A stretch of 62,545 nt of DNA, filler included, from Actinomycetota bacterium (GTDB lineage: Bacteria; Actinomycetota; CADDZG01; JAHWKV01; JAOPZY01): assembly GCA_025963875.1 (NCBI GenBank). It is 7 parts of 7 records of this genome, joined end to end, with 100 filler letters (N's around TTAATTAATTAA, not from the genome) between each part and the next. Parts side by side here need not be neighbours in the genome. Positions count along the whole stretch, not along the records: positions 33,644 to 52,925 come from JAOPZY010000261.1; positions 53,026 to 57,681 come from JAOPZY010000264.1; 5 more parts are not named here. The stretch is one strand, 5' to 3'. Positions 45,344 through 57,033 of the stretch are shown piece by piece. The position numbers were made by a program, and so were the translations under genes. Position 1 is the stretch's first letter, and each line of letters begins with the position of its first letter. Below the pieces are notes generated by a model, which was not told the DNA's origin, did not search any database, and saw only the letters and a program-made list of their open reading frames with translations.

Positions 45344-46339
45344 ATGGCAACCATGTACTACGAGAAGGACGCCGACCCCTCGGTGCTGCAGAGCCGGCCG
45401 ATCGCGGTCCTCGGCTATGGCTCGCAGGGTCACGCCCATGCCCTGAACCTGCGGGACTCGGGCTTCGACGTCCGGGTGGGACTGCGCGACGGGTCTGCGT
45501 CGTGGGAGAAGGCGGAGGCTGCGGGCCTCCGGGTGCTGGAGACGTCGAAGGCGGCCGCCGAGGCGGAGGTCGTCATGGTGCTGCTGCCCGACCAGCACGC
45601 CAAGGCCGCCTACGACGAGGCCATCGGCCCGAATCTGCAGCCCGGCAACGCGCTGGCGTTCGCCCACGGATTCAACATCCACTTCGGCCGCGTCCAGCCA
45701 TCGCCGGACATCGACGTGTTCATGGTCGCCCCCAAGGGCCCCGGCCACCTCGTCCGCCGCACGTACACCGAGGGCATCGGCACGCCGGCCCTCATCGCCG
45801 TCCACCAGGACGCCACGGGGAACGCCAAGGCCACCGGCATCGCCTACGCCTACGGCATCGGGGCCACGCGGGCCGGCCTCATCGAGACCACCTTCGCCGA
45901 GGAGACCGAGACCGACCTGTTCGGCGAGCAGGCGGTGCTGTGCGGGGGCCTCACCCGGCTGATCGTCAACGGCTTCGAGACCCTCGTCGCCGCCGGCTAC
46001 CAGCCCGAGGTCGCCTACTTCGAGTGCTGCCACGAGGTGAAGCTGATCGTCGACCTCATCTACGAGGGCGGGCTGGCGAACATGCGCCAGTCGATCTCCG
46101 ACACCGCCGAGTACGGCGACCTTACCCGGGGCGAGCGCGTCGTCGGCGCCCCGTCGAGGGAAGCCATGGGCCAGCTGCTGGCGGACATCCGCAGCGGCGC
46201 CTTCGCCAAGGAGTTCGTCGAGGAGATGGACTCTGGCTCGAAGAACTTCAACGCCCTGCGCGAGGCCGCCAGGACCCACCAGATCGAGCAGGTGGGAGCG
46301 GAGCTGCGGGCCATGATGCCCTGGTTGAAGAAGCGATGA
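45344..46339 (+). CDS. ilvC: Ketol-acid reductoisomerase
   Basis: [37 protein letters not shown]. Confidence 0.98.
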   Translation: MATMYYEKDADPSVLQSRPIAVLGYGSQGHAHALNLRDSGFDVRVGLRDGSASWEKAEAAGLRVLETSKAAAEAEVVMVLLPDQHAKAAYDEAIGPNLQPGNALAFAHGFNIHFGRVQPSPDIDVFMVAPKGPGHLVRRTYTEGIGTPALIAVHQDATGNAKATGIAYAYGIGATRAGLIETTFAEETETDLFGEQAVLCGGLTRLIVNGFETLVAAGYQPEVAYFECCHEVKLIVDLIYEGGLANMRQSISDTAEYGDLTRGERVVGAPSREAMGQLLADIRSGAFAKEFVEEMDSGSKNFNALREAARTHQIEQVGAELRAMMPWLKKR

Positions 46340-46410
46340 CGCACCTCGCCGGGCTTTACACTCCTCCTACGGGGCTGACGCCTCGATATTGGAGGCTGCT
46401 CATCCTTTAA
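46336..46410 (+). CDS. Candidate leuA leader peptide
   Basis: ATGA overlap with the ilvC stop. [28 protein letters not shown], ending in Leu-Leu-Ile-Leu. Confidence 0.6.
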   Translation: MTHLAGLYTPPTGLTPRYWRLLIL

Positions 46411-46505
46411 GGGCCTCGGGCGCTGCCGAAAGGAAGCGGCTCGAGGCCAGAGCGTTGAGTGCCCGAGCCGCAGATCTTCCATCCGCACGAGGAGAACCGT
46501 CAGCC
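46373..46505 (+). promoter_or_regulatory. LEU-element-like RNA structure sequestering the leuA RBS
   Basis: GGCTGACG-CCTCG (46373-46385) pairs with CGAGG (46488-46492) and CGTCAGCC (46498-46505), covering the SD. Internal hairpin at 46412-46448. No U-tract. Confidence 0.7.
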
Positions 46506-48038
46506 ATGCCAGACCGCGTACGCATTTTCGATACCACCCTGAGGGACGGGGAGCAGTCCCCCGGCATCAACCTCTCCGCCAAGGAGAAGGTGGAGATCGG
46601 CACCCAGCTCGCCCACCTGGGGGTCGACATCATCGAGGCGGGCTTCCCCGTCAACTCACCGGCCGAGTTCGACGCCGTGGAAGCGGTCGCCCAGAGCGTG
46701 AAGGGGCCGACGATCGCCGCCCTCGCCCGCATGGTGCCCGGCGACATCGACACCGCGTGGGGCTCCATCAAGGACGCCCAGAAGACCCGCATCCACACCT
46801 TCATCGCCACGTCGCCGATCCACCTGGAGAAGAAGCTGCGCATGACGCCGGACGAGGTCATGGCGGCGGCGATCGCCGGTGTCACCCGGGCCGCCTCCTA
46901 TACGCCCGACGTCGAGTTCTCCGCCGAGGACGCCACCCGCAGCGACCCCGACTTCCTCGTCAAGATCTACTCGGCTGCCATCAAGGCCGGGGCTACCACC
47001 TGCAACGTCCCCGACACCGTCGGCTACGGCCTTCCCTACGAATACGCCGAGCTGTTCCGGTATCTCATCGCCGAGGTCGAGGGGGCCGGCGACGTCGTCT
47101 GGTCCACCCACACCCACGACGACCTCGGGGTCGCCGTCGCCAACGCCCTCGCCGGCGTGCGGGCGGGCGCCCGGCAGGTCGAGGGCGCCATCAACGGCAT
47201 CGGCGAGCGGGCGGGGAACTGCTCGATCGAGGAGGTCGTCATGGCCATCCACACCCGGGGGTCGTCGCTCGGCGTCTCGACCGGGATCGACACCAAGCAG
47301 ATCGTCCGGACGTCGCGGCTGATCTCGATGCTGACGGGCTACCCGGTCCAGCCGAACAAGGCCATCGTCGGCGCGAACGCCTTCGCGCACGAGGCCGGCA
47401 TCCACGCCCACGGCGTGCTGATGGAGCGGACGACCTACGAGATCATGGACGCCACGTCGGTCGGCTGGGAGTCCAACCGCATCGTCCTGGGCAAGCACTC
47501 CGGCCGCCACGCCTTCGCCAAGACCCTGGCCGACCTGGGCTACGAGCTGACCGGCGAGAGCCTGGACCGGGCCTGGGCGCGCTTCCGGGACCTGGTGGAC
47601 CGCAAGGTGTCCCTCACCGACGCCGACCTCGTGGCCCTCGTCACGGACGAGATCTCCAAGGTCGAGGACGTCTACACCCTCGACTCGATCCAGGTGGCAG
47701 GCGGCACGCACCTCTCCCCCACCGCCACGGTGCGGGTCCGCCACAGCGGGCAGGTCGTCGAGGAGGCTGCGCTCGGCGACGGGATGGTCGACGCCGCCTG
47801 CAGCGCCATCCGGCGGGCGGTGGGCCTCGATGCCCGCCTCATCTCGTTCAACGTCGGCGCCGTCACCGGGGGCACCGACGCCCTCGGCGAGGTGAGCATC
47901 GGCATCCAGTACGAGGGCAACTTCCACACCGGGCGAGCCGTGGCCACCGACATCGTCGAGGGGTCGGCCCGGGCCTATCTCAACGCGATCAACCGGGCCA
48001 TCTCCAAGAGCCCCGTCCAGAAAGTGCAGGCACCTTGA
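46506..48038 (+). CDS. leuA: 2-isopropylmalate synthase (~510 aa, type 1)
   Basis: FDTTLRDGEQSPG, EAGFP, HTHDDLG, GIGERAGN, FAHEAGIH, LGKHSG, regulatory domain. Confidence 0.97.
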   Translation: MPDRVRIFDTTLRDGEQSPGINLSAKEKVEIGTQLAHLGVDIIEAGFPVNSPAEFDAVEAVAQSVKGPTIAALARMVPGDIDTAWGSIKDAQKTRIHTFIATSPIHLEKKLRMTPDEVMAAAIAGVTRAASYTPDVEFSAEDATRSDPDFLVKIYSAAIKAGATTCNVPDTVGYGLPYEYAELFRYLIAEVEGAGDVVWSTHTHDDLGVAVANALAGVRAGARQVEGAINGIGERAGNCSIEEVVMAIHTRGSSLGVSTGIDTKQIVRTSRLISMLTGYPVQPNKAIVGANAFAHEAGIHAHGVLMERTTYEIMDATSVGWESNRIVLGKHSGRHAFAKTLADLGYELTGESLDRAWARFRDLVDRKVSLTDADLVALVTDEISKVEDVYTLDSIQVAGGTHLSPTATVRVRHSGQVVEEAALGDGMVDAACSAIRRAVGLDARLISFNVGAVTGGTDALGEVSIGIQYEGNFHTGRAVATDIVEGSARAYLNAINRAISKSPVQKVQAP

Positions 48039-49339
48039 TGAGCGACGACCAGTACGGCAGCACCATCACCGAGAAGATCCTCGCCCGCGCCAGCGGCCGG
48101 GAGCGCGTGCGCCCCGGCGACCTGATCATGGCGAAGGTCAGCCTGGCGATGGCCAACGACATCACCGCCCCCATGGCCATCGACGCCTTCCGCAAGATCG
48201 GCGTGCCGAAGGTGTGGGACCGGGACCGCATCGCCCTCGTGCCGTCGCACTTCGTGCCGGCCAAGGACATCGCCTCGGCGTCGCTCGGAATGCGGATGCG
48301 GGGGTTCGCCCGGGAGCAGGAGATCACCCACTTCTACGAGGTCGGGCGGGCGGGCATCGAGCACATCCTCCTCCCCGAAGACGGGCTCGTGGCCCCCGGC
48401 GACGTGATCATCGGCGCCGACTCCCACTCGTGCACCTACGGGGCGCTGGGCTGCTTCTCGACGGGCGTGGGGTCCACGGACCTCGCGGGCGTGCTCGCCA
48501 CGGGCGAGATCTGGCTGCGGGTGCCCGAGACCCTGCGGATCGTCTACTCCGGCGAGCCCGGCAAGTGGGTCGTGGGCAAGGACATGATCCTGAAGGTCAT
48601 CTCGGAGATCGGCGACGACGGGGCCCTCTACATGGCCATGGAGCACAGCGGCGACACGATCGCCCACCTCTCGATGGAGAGCCGGCTCACCCTCACGAAC
48701 ATGGCCATCGAGGGAGGAGCCAAGTCGGGCATCGTCCCCCCGGACGACCTGACGGTGGCCTACGTGAAGCACCGCCAGGAGATCCACGGCCGCGAGCGAC
48801 CCTTCGACACCCTCGTCTCCGACCCCGACGCACGATTCGCCCGGACGCTGGAGATCGACGTCGCGGCGCTGGAGCCGATGGTCGCCCAGCCGTCGCTGCC
48901 ATCCCGGGCCGTGCCGGTGTCGGAGGTCGAGGGCCAGGAGGTCGACCAGGTCTTCATCGGCTCCTGCACCAACGCACGGATGGAGGACCTCCGGACCGCT
49001 GCGGCCCTGCTGGAGGGACGCAAGGCGCACCCCAGCATCCGCCTGATCGTCATTCCCGCAACCCAGGACCTGTACCAGCAGGCGCTGCACGAGGGCCTGA
49101 TCCAGATCTTCGCCGACGCCGGCGCCTCGGTGGCCGCCGGCGTGTGCGGGCCGTGCCTCGGCGGCTACATGGGGGTGCTCGGCCCCGGCGAGCGATGCCT
49201 GTCGACCTCGAACCGCAACTACCGTGGGCGCATGGGCCACCGGGACGCCGACGTCTGGCTGGCGAACCCGGCGGTGGCGGCGGCAACCGCCATCACGGGC
49301 CGGATCACCCACCCGGAGAACATAGGAGCGCTGGTATGA
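48038..49339 (+). CDS. leuC: 3-isopropylmalate dehydratase large subunit (short, type 2)
   Basis: GADSHSCTYG, IGSCTN, CGPCLG, STSNRNY.GRMG. TGATG coupling. Confidence 0.95.
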   Translation: MSDDQYGSTITEKILARASGRERVRPGDLIMAKVSLAMANDITAPMAIDAFRKIGVPKVWDRDRIALVPSHFVPAKDIASASLGMRMRGFAREQEITHFYEVGRAGIEHILLPEDGLVAPGDVIIGADSHSCTYGALGCFSTGVGSTDLAGVLATGEIWLRVPETLRIVYSGEPGKWVVGKDMILKVISEIGDDGALYMAMEHSGDTIAHLSMESRLTLTNMAIEGGAKSGIVPPDDLTVAYVKHRQEIHGRERPFDTLVSDPDARFARTLEIDVAALEPMVAQPSLPSRAVPVSEVEGQEVDQVFIGSCTNARMEDLRTAAALLEGRKAHPSIRLIVIPATQDLYQQALHEGLIQIFADAGASVAAGVCGPCLGGYMGVLGPGERCLSTSNRNYRGRMGHRDADVWLANPAVAAATAITGRITHPENIGALV

Positions 49340-49905
49340 GCACGCTGCGAGGGAAGGTCCACCGCCTCGGCGCCAATGTGGACACCGACGTCATCATCCC
49401 GGCCCGCTACCTCAACACCACCGACCCGGCGGAGCTGGCCAAGCACTGCCTGGAGGACCTCGACCCGACCTTCCCCCTGCGGGTGGGGCCGGGCGACATC
49501 ATCGTCGCCGACGAGAACTTCGGGTCGGGCTCCTCCCGGGAGCACGCCCCCGTCGCCATCCGGGCCTGCGGGGTCGGCTGCGTGGTGGCCTCGACCTTCG
49601 CCCGGATCTTCTTCCGGAACTCGATCAACGTCGGGCTCCCGATCGTGGAGTGCCGGGAGATCGTGGATGTCACCCAGGAGGGCGACGAGATCGAGGTCGA
49701 CCTGGCCACCGGCACGGTCCGCAACCTCACGAAGGACGTCACCGCCTCGGCGGTGCCGTTCCCGGACTTCATGCGCCACATCATCGAGGCGGGGGGCCTG
49801 GTGCCCTACCTCCACGAGAAGCTGACGAGCCCGAACGGTTCGACCAATGGCGCCCCTGACGTCGTGAGGGCCGAAGGGGGCGAGGTGGACCTCCTGCATG
49901 ACTGA
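49336..49905 (+). CDS. leuD: 3-isopropylmalate dehydratase small subunit (type 2)
   Basis: NVDTDVIIPARYL, NFGSGSSREHA, FARIFFRN, GGL. Confidence 0.95.
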   Translation: MSTLRGKVHRLGANVDTDVIIPARYLNTTDPAELAKHCLEDLDPTFPLRVGPGDIIVADENFGSGSSREHAPVAIRACGVGCVVASTFARIFFRNSINVGLPIVECREIVDVTQEGDEIEVDLATGTVRNLTKDVTASAVPFPDFMRHIIEAGGLVPYLHEKLTSPNGSTNGAPDVVRAEGGEVDLLHD

Positions 49906-50937
49906 GCGCTCGTACCGCATCGGGCTGATCCGCGGCGACGGGATCGGCCCCGAGGTGGTCGCCGAGGCCCTGCGCGTCCTGGATGCCGTCGCCGAGGCCG
50001 AGGGTTTCCGCATCGAGACCACCGACTACGACCTCGGTGCCGAGCGGTACCTGCGCTCGTCCGAGGTCCTGCCGGGGTCGGTGCTCGGCGAGATCCGCTC
50101 GCAGGACTCGGTGCTCCTCGGCGCCGTCGGCGACCCACGGGTGCCGCCGGGCGTGCTCGAGATCGGCCTCCTGCTGCGCCTGCGCCAGGAGCTGGACCTC
50201 TACGTCAACCTCCGGCCCTCCCGCCTCTACGAGGGCGTCCCCAGCGCGCTGGGGGGCGTCACGCCGGCCGACCTCAACCTCACCATCGTGCGCGAGAACA
50301 CCGAGGGCCTCTACGCCGGGAAGGGGGAGGTCACCCTCGCGGGGCCGAACGAGGAGCTGGCCACCGAGGTCTCGATCAACACGACGCAGGCGGTCCACCG
50401 GGTCACCGAGTACGCGTTCGAACTCGCCGCCCGCGAGGGCCGTAGCGTGACGATGGTCCACAAGGTCAACGTCCTGGAGCGGGCCGGCAGCCTGTGGCAA
50501 CGGGTCTTCAAGGAGGTCGCCGCCGACTATCCGGCTGTGCCGACTGCCTACAGCCATGTCGATGCCGCGGCCCTGCTGATGGTCACCCAGCCGCGGCGAT
50601 TCCAGGTGATCGTCACGGACAACCTCTTCGGCGACATCCTGTCGGACCTTGCCGCCGGCCTGGTGGGCGGCATCGGCTACGTCGGCAGCGGCAACATCCA
50701 TCCCGGCGGCCTGTCGGTCTTCGAGCCGGTGCACGGCTCGGCGCCGGACATTGCCGGCACGGGGAAGGCCAACCCGATCGGGGCCGTCATCTCGGCAGGC
50801 CTGATGCTGCGCCACCTGGGCGAGGAGTCCGGGGCCGACCGGATCGAGGCGGCGGTGGCGTCGGTCGCCGGCAAGGTGGCCGGAGGCCAGGCCGGTACCC
50901 GGGAGGTCGGCGGGTGGCTGGCCGAGGCGGCGGGCTG

Positions 50938-50938
<1 letters not shown>
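49898..50938 (+). CDS. leuB: 3-isopropylmalate dehydrogenase
   Basis: GDGIGPEV, NLRP, RENTEG, DNLFGDILSD, FEPVHGSAPDIAG..ANP. Confidence 0.95.
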
Positions 50939-52554
<1,616 letters not shown>

Positions 52555-52593
52555 CCGCTAGGATGAACGTTCCATAATGAGTGGGGAGGTTAC

Positions 52594-52925
52594 TTGGCAG
52601 AAGTAGGAGGAATCGCTGAGGGTACGGTTATTCGGATCGCTGATTTTGGAGCATTCGTACAGCTGGCCGGGGGAGAAACCGGTCTCGTGCACATTTCGGA
52701 AGTCGACCGGAACTACGTGCGCAACATCCGGGACCACCTCCACGAGGGCGACAAGGTCACCGTCAAGGTGGTCGCCATCAAGGAGGACGGAAAGATCGAC
52801 CTTTCCATCAAGCAGGCCGACCCGTCCTGGCAGGCCCATCCCCCGCGCAAGGGGGACCGGGATCCCGAATTCGAGGCAAAGCTGAAGCGGTTCATGCGCC
52901 AGTCCCAGGAACGCCTGGCTGACGT
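52594..52925 (+). CDS. Stand-alone S1 RNA-binding protein (YabR/YugI-like; partial)
   Basis: RBS GGAGG. FGAFV..GLVHISEV..KVV..KIDLSIK, with tail FEAKLKRFMRQSQERL. Confidence 0.88.
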
Positions 52926-53090
52926 NNNNNNNNNNNNNNNNNNNNNNNNNNNNNNNNNNNNNNNNNNNNTTAATTAATTAANNNNNNNNNNNNNNNNNNN
53001 NNNNNNNNNNNNNNNNNNNNNNNNNGAGGCCCGGGCGGCGTTCGCCAAGGCCGGTGACATGAAGGAGACGGAACCTCCCGCCGGCGCCGC

Positions 53091-53639
53091 CTAGCGGGCC
53101 AGCCGGATCTCCACCTCGCGCTCGACGTAGGACCACTCCTCGGTGGCTCGCAAGCGCGCCAGGAGTTCGTCGAAGGCTCCTGCGTTTGACGGAGCGAACT
53201 CGAACCACGTCAGGAAGTCGAACTCCTCCTGCCGGTCCCGCCCGTGCGCCAGGCGGCGGGCGATGGCGGGGAGGTACTCGAGGCCCACGGCGATGTGGTG
53301 GGACCGGTCCTCGAGGATGGCCCGCCGCTCGTCCTGGGCGAGGTCCCACCATTCCTGCGACTTGGTGATGGCGATCAGGGCCGCCGCCGTCGCCTCGGGC
53401 CGCCCCAGGGGCGCTTGCGATGCGGTCAGCGCATCCCGCTCGCGCCGCTCGACGTAGCGGTCGTTGCTCGTCACGCCCCGCAGGAGCCAGATGCCGCCAA
53501 GGCCGAATGGCCACGGTCCCTCGACCATGTCCACCCGGGCCACGTCCTTCAGCCCCGGGCCGGCGACGGCGACCAGGGATTCGACGTTCCAGGGCCCATG
53601 GTCGCCGCCGACCAAGCTGACCTGGACAGGTTTGGGCAC
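53091..53639 (-). CDS. cld: Chlorite dismutase, short clade II type (182 aa)
   Basis: LRGVTSNDRY, ITKSQEWW..QDERR, SHH (proximal His), LPAIARRL (distal Arg), FDFLTWFEF, LRATEEWSYVEREVEIRL. Confidence 0.85.
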   Translation of the reverse strand: MPKPVQVSLVGGDHGPWNVESLVAVAGPGLKDVARVDMVEGPWPFGLGGIWLLRGVTSNDRYVERRERDALTASQAPLGRPEATAAALIAITKSQEWWDLAQDERRAILEDRSHHIAVGLEYLPAIARRLAHGRDRQEEFDFLTWFEFAPSNAGAFDELLARLRATEEWSYVEREVEIRLAR

Positions 53640-53653
53640 AGTCTGACCCTGGT

Positions 53654-55186
53654 TCAGGCGGGGGCCAGGAGCAGCGCGGTCGAGCCGCCGAGGGTCCCGC
53701 TGTAGGGTCCGCCCTCGCCCGATCCGTCGCTCGCGACTTCGACAGTCCAGGACGACCCCAGAAAAACATCCACGGGCTCGTCGGAGAAGTTGACGACTAC
53801 CACCCGCCGGTCGCCGGCGAGGCGGCGTTCGTAGGCGAGCACGCCCTCGGGAGCCGTCAGCAGCTCGATATCGCCGCCTGCCAGAGCCGGCGACGCCCGC
53901 CGGGCCGCCAGGAGGCGGCGGTAGAGCTGCAGCATGGACGAGGCGTCGAGCCGTTCCACCTCGGCGTTGTTCGTCTCCGGGTCCGGAGGCCAGGGGAGCC
54001 ACGGGTCCGTCGTGGGCCACCCGTGGCTCGGCGTGGCGTCCCAGGGCAGCGGGGCGCGGCATCCGTCGCGTCCTCCCGGATCGACCACCCGCTCCGGGGG
54101 GATGACGGCGTCCTGCAGCCCGAGCTCCTCCCCCGCATAGAGAAACGGGGTGCCCCGCAGGGTGAGCAGGAGCACCGCCGCCGCTCGGGCACGTGCCTCC
54201 GAGCCATAGCGCGTCCGGTGGCGGACGTTGTCGTGGTTGGAGAGCACCCAGGTGGGCCATGCCCCCCGGGGGCCGAACTCCGCCTCGGCCATGGCGATCT
54301 CATCCCGCCACGCCGAAGCATCCCAGGGGGCGTACAGCGGGGGGAAGTTGAAGGAGAGGTGGAGTTCGTCACCCTGGCCGTAGTAGGCGGCGACCAGGGA
54401 GGTGTCGAGGAGATAGACCTCCCCCACCAGCACCCGTTCGCCGGGGTAGCCGTCCACCAACCGCCGGAGCCGCCGCAGAATGGCATGGGTCCTGGGGTCG
54501 TCGTGGATGGACGAGTGCGGCACGCCCGCCAGCTGCGGGGGGTCGTCGGGCAGGCGCGGGTCCTTGCCAAGAGCATGGGTCACGTCGATCCGGAAGCCGT
54601 CGACGCCCCGGTCCAGCCAGAAGCGCACCACGTCGTGCATCGCTGCCTCGACGTCCGGGTTCGCCCAGTTCAAGTCGGGCTGTTCCGGAAGAAACAGATG
54701 CAGGTACCACTGCTCGGTCTTCTCGTCCCAGGTCCACGCCGGTCCGTTCGTCAAAGAGGCAGTCCAGTTGTTCGGCGGCCGGTCGGGTGTGCCGTCGCGC
54801 CAGACGTACCAGTCCCGCTTCGGGTTGTCGCGCGACGCCCGGGACTCCACGAACCACGGGTGCTGGTCGCTCGTGTGGTTCGGGACGAGGTCGACGAGGA
54901 CTCTGATGCCCTGCGCCTGGGCCTCCGCAACGAGGCTGTCGAAGTCGTCCAGGGTGCCGAAGAGGGGATCGACGTCGCAGTAATCCGAGACGTCGTAGCC
55001 GAAGTCCCTCATCGGCGAGCGGTAGAAGGGCGAGAGCCAGACCGCATCCACGCCCAACCAGCTCAGGTGCTCCAGCCGTCTCCGTGCGCCCTCGAGATCG
55101 CCGACCCCGTCCCCGTTGCTATCGAGGAACGAGCGTGGGTAGATCTGGTAGATGGCGGCCGACCGCCACCACGGCGTAGGGCTCAA
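53654..55186 (-). CDS. GH13 alpha-glucosidase
   Basis: YQIYPRSF.DSNGDG.GDL, DLVPNHTS, QPDLNW, GFRIDV, VGEV, SNHD, GRDGCRAP. Confidence 0.95.
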   Translation of the reverse strand: MSPTPWWRSAAIYQIYPRSFLDSNGDGVGDLEGARRRLEHLSWLGVDAVWLSPFYRSPMRDFGYDVSDYCDVDPLFGTLDDFDSLVAEAQAQGIRVLVDLVPNHTSDQHPWFVESRASRDNPKRDWYVWRDGTPDRPPNNWTASLTNGPAWTWDEKTEQWYLHLFLPEQPDLNWANPDVEAAMHDVVRFWLDRGVDGFRIDVTHALGKDPRLPDDPPQLAGVPHSSIHDDPRTHAILRRLRRLVDGYPGERVLVGEVYLLDTSLVAAYYGQGDELHLSFNFPPLYAPWDASAWRDEIAMAEAEFGPRGAWPTWVLSNHDNVRHRTRYGSEARARAAAVLLLTLRGTPFLYAGEELGLQDAVIPPERVVDPGGRDGCRAPLPWDATPSHGWPTTDPWLPWPPDPETNNAEVERLDASSMLQLYRRLLAARRASPALAGGDIELLTAPEGVLAYERRLAGDRRVVVVNFSDEPVDVFLGSSWTVEVASDGSGEGGPYSGTLGGSTALLLAPA

Positions 55187-55189
55187 GAC

Positions 55190-56995
55190 CTACTGGGCGG
55201 CCGGGATCTCGACCGCTGCCAGCTCCCAGCGATCGAGGGTCGGAGCGCTGTCGCCCACGGAGACAACCGAGTTGGCGGCGGCGATGGGCCCGGTGGCCTG
55301 TACCCATCCTGCGCCGCCTGCCGGGTCGAGGAACTCGTGCACGATCGTCTGGCCGGCGAGGGGGGTGCGGGCCACGGCCTGGTCCGCGTCGTAGCCGACG
55401 GCCCACAGCAGTGAGCGGCTCTTCGTGGTCGTGACGGAGACCTGGGGCGCTCCGCTGGCGGCGCCCGCCACTGCCGTGGCCCCCGCCGCCGGGGCGGCTC
55501 TGCTGAAGGCTGCGACGGTCATCGAGCCGCCATGGCCGCTGCTCGCAAAGGCTGCGCGGATGATGGCGCCGGCAAGCGGCGCCGTCGCATACGCCTGCCA
55601 CACCTCGGCCGTCCCCGACAGCGTGTTGGCTCTCGCAGCAAGGCTCCAGTTCAGACCGGCACCGGACAGGGAACTGACCGACTGGCCTGCACCGTCGCTG
55701 GAGACGAACGCCAGGATCAGCTCGTTGGCCGAGGTGGTCGACAGTGGCGGGCTGTCCAGGGTCGGCATGGGTCCGGCCTGGTTCACCCAGACAAAGCGGT
55801 CGGCGACCGGGCCGGCGGGCGGAGGGGACGTCGATTTCGTCGGAGTGGGTGTCGGCGTGGCGGTCGGGCCTGGGCTCGGAGGAAGGACCGTGATGGGCAG
55901 AGCCGACTCCGTGACAGCGACGACCCCCGGTGTCGCCGGCGGGGCCGGACGCGCCGGCGATGCCGAGGGGAGCCCCGTGCGTGGCGGTGGGAAGTAGAGG
56001 CCGGGGGTGCGCCCCGCACTGCCCGTGCCGCTCGCCGGCGGCGACGTGGGAGTGGGCTTGGGAAAGGAACCAGCCGAGGGGGAAGCGGCGTCGGCGGGAC
56101 CGGTCTGCGTGGGTGTGGTCTGCACGACCACCGAGGGGCCCGAGTAGCGAAGTCCGAGGACGCGCGTGCCCCGCCATGCCGGCAGGACGCCCAAGATGCC
56201 GGCGGTCGCCATGGCCAGCACCGTCGCACCCGCGGCGGCGGGGGTGACCGAGGTCCGGACAATGTGCCGCCCACGCCGGAACGCCCCGGACAGGGCCGAG
56301 CCGAAGGGTCCAGGATGCGCCCTGCCGTTCGCCGCCTCCACGTCGATCAGCGCCTCGACGATGCCGGGATCGAGGCCGGTGCCGCCCATGGCACGCAGCT
56401 CTTCGAAGGCTTCTCGGTGGGAGAGGGACGGCCGGTCGCGCCGGTCGGCGAGCAACGCGTCGTAGGCGGCGACGACCGCCGCCAGCCGCTCGGCGGACTC
56501 GGGGAGCGGGTTCACCTGCTCGCCGGCACCCCGCAAGAGGAGGGCTGCGACCCGAGCCTCCTCGCACTCCGTGCCGGACAGCCCGATGGCGCCGCCGACC
56601 TCGGTGCAGAGCCCGGAGATGCGTCCCGACCGGCCGCGCCGGGGGACCCTTCCCCGGGACAAGGCGATCAGCCTGCGGCGGGCGATTCTCCGGCGCGTCC
56701 ACCGCACGGGGAGGTAGTCGACGGGTCCCGAACCCGGGAGATGCAATCTGCTCCAGGCCGCCTCGACGAGGGCCCCGGCCACGAGACCGGCGAAGACGGC
56801 TTCGGCGAGCGTCAAGGCGCCGCCGGCGATGGCGGCGAGCCTGGATGTGTGGGGAATGCTGGGAGGCCCCAGCAGGATCACTGCCCCGATGGCGGTGACC
56901 GCGGGGAGAACGAGCCCACAGAGCGTTGCGAGAAGGGTCAGCCAGAAGGGCTCGGGACCAGGCAGATCCGCGTTGGGACCGGACGGAAAGACCAT
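55190..56995 (-). CDS. Membrane protein: degenerate HD-GYP-like domain, TM, Pro/Thr linker, extracellular beta-rich domain
   Basis: EEARVAALL and AVVAAYDALLADRRDRPSLSHREAFEELRAMGGTGLDPGIVEAL match the HD-GYP flanks. The HD, HHE and GYP core is missing. Confidence 0.6.
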   Translation of the reverse strand: MVFPSGPNADLPGPEPFWLTLLATLCGLVLPAVTAIGAVILLGPPSIPHTSRLAAIAGGALTLAEAVFAGLVAGALVEAAWSRLHLPGSGPVDYLPVRWTRRRIARRRLIALSRGRVPRRGRSGRISGLCTEVGGAIGLSGTECEEARVAALLLRGAGEQVNPLPESAERLAAVVAAYDALLADRRDRPSLSHREAFEELRAMGGTGLDPGIVEALIDVEAANGRAHPGPFGSALSGAFRRGRHIVRTSVTPAAAGATVLAMATAGILGVLPAWRGTRVLGLRYSGPSVVVQTTPTQTGPADAASPSAGSFPKPTPTSPPASGTGSAGRTPGLYFPPPRTGLPSASPARPAPPATPGVVAVTESALPITVLPPSPGPTATPTPTPTKSTSPPPAGPVADRFVWVNQAGPMPTLDSPPLSTTSANELILAFVSSDGAGQSVSSLSGAGLNWSLAARANTLSGTAEVWQAYATAPLAGAIIRAAFASSGHGGSMTVAAFSRAAPAAGATAVAGAASGAPQVSVTTTKSRSLLWAVGYDADQAVARTPLAGQTIVHEFLDPAGGAGWVQATGPIAAANSVVSVGDSAPTLDRWELAAVEIPAAQ

Positions 56996-57033
56996 ACCGT
57001 CGACACTACCCGGTGCCGCCAGTCACGGTTGGC

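Noticed and set aside
53091..53639. Coproheme decarboxylase (hemQ/chdC)
   Set aside because: The short length and the SHH/IAR/FDFLTWF motifs fit clade II Cld better.
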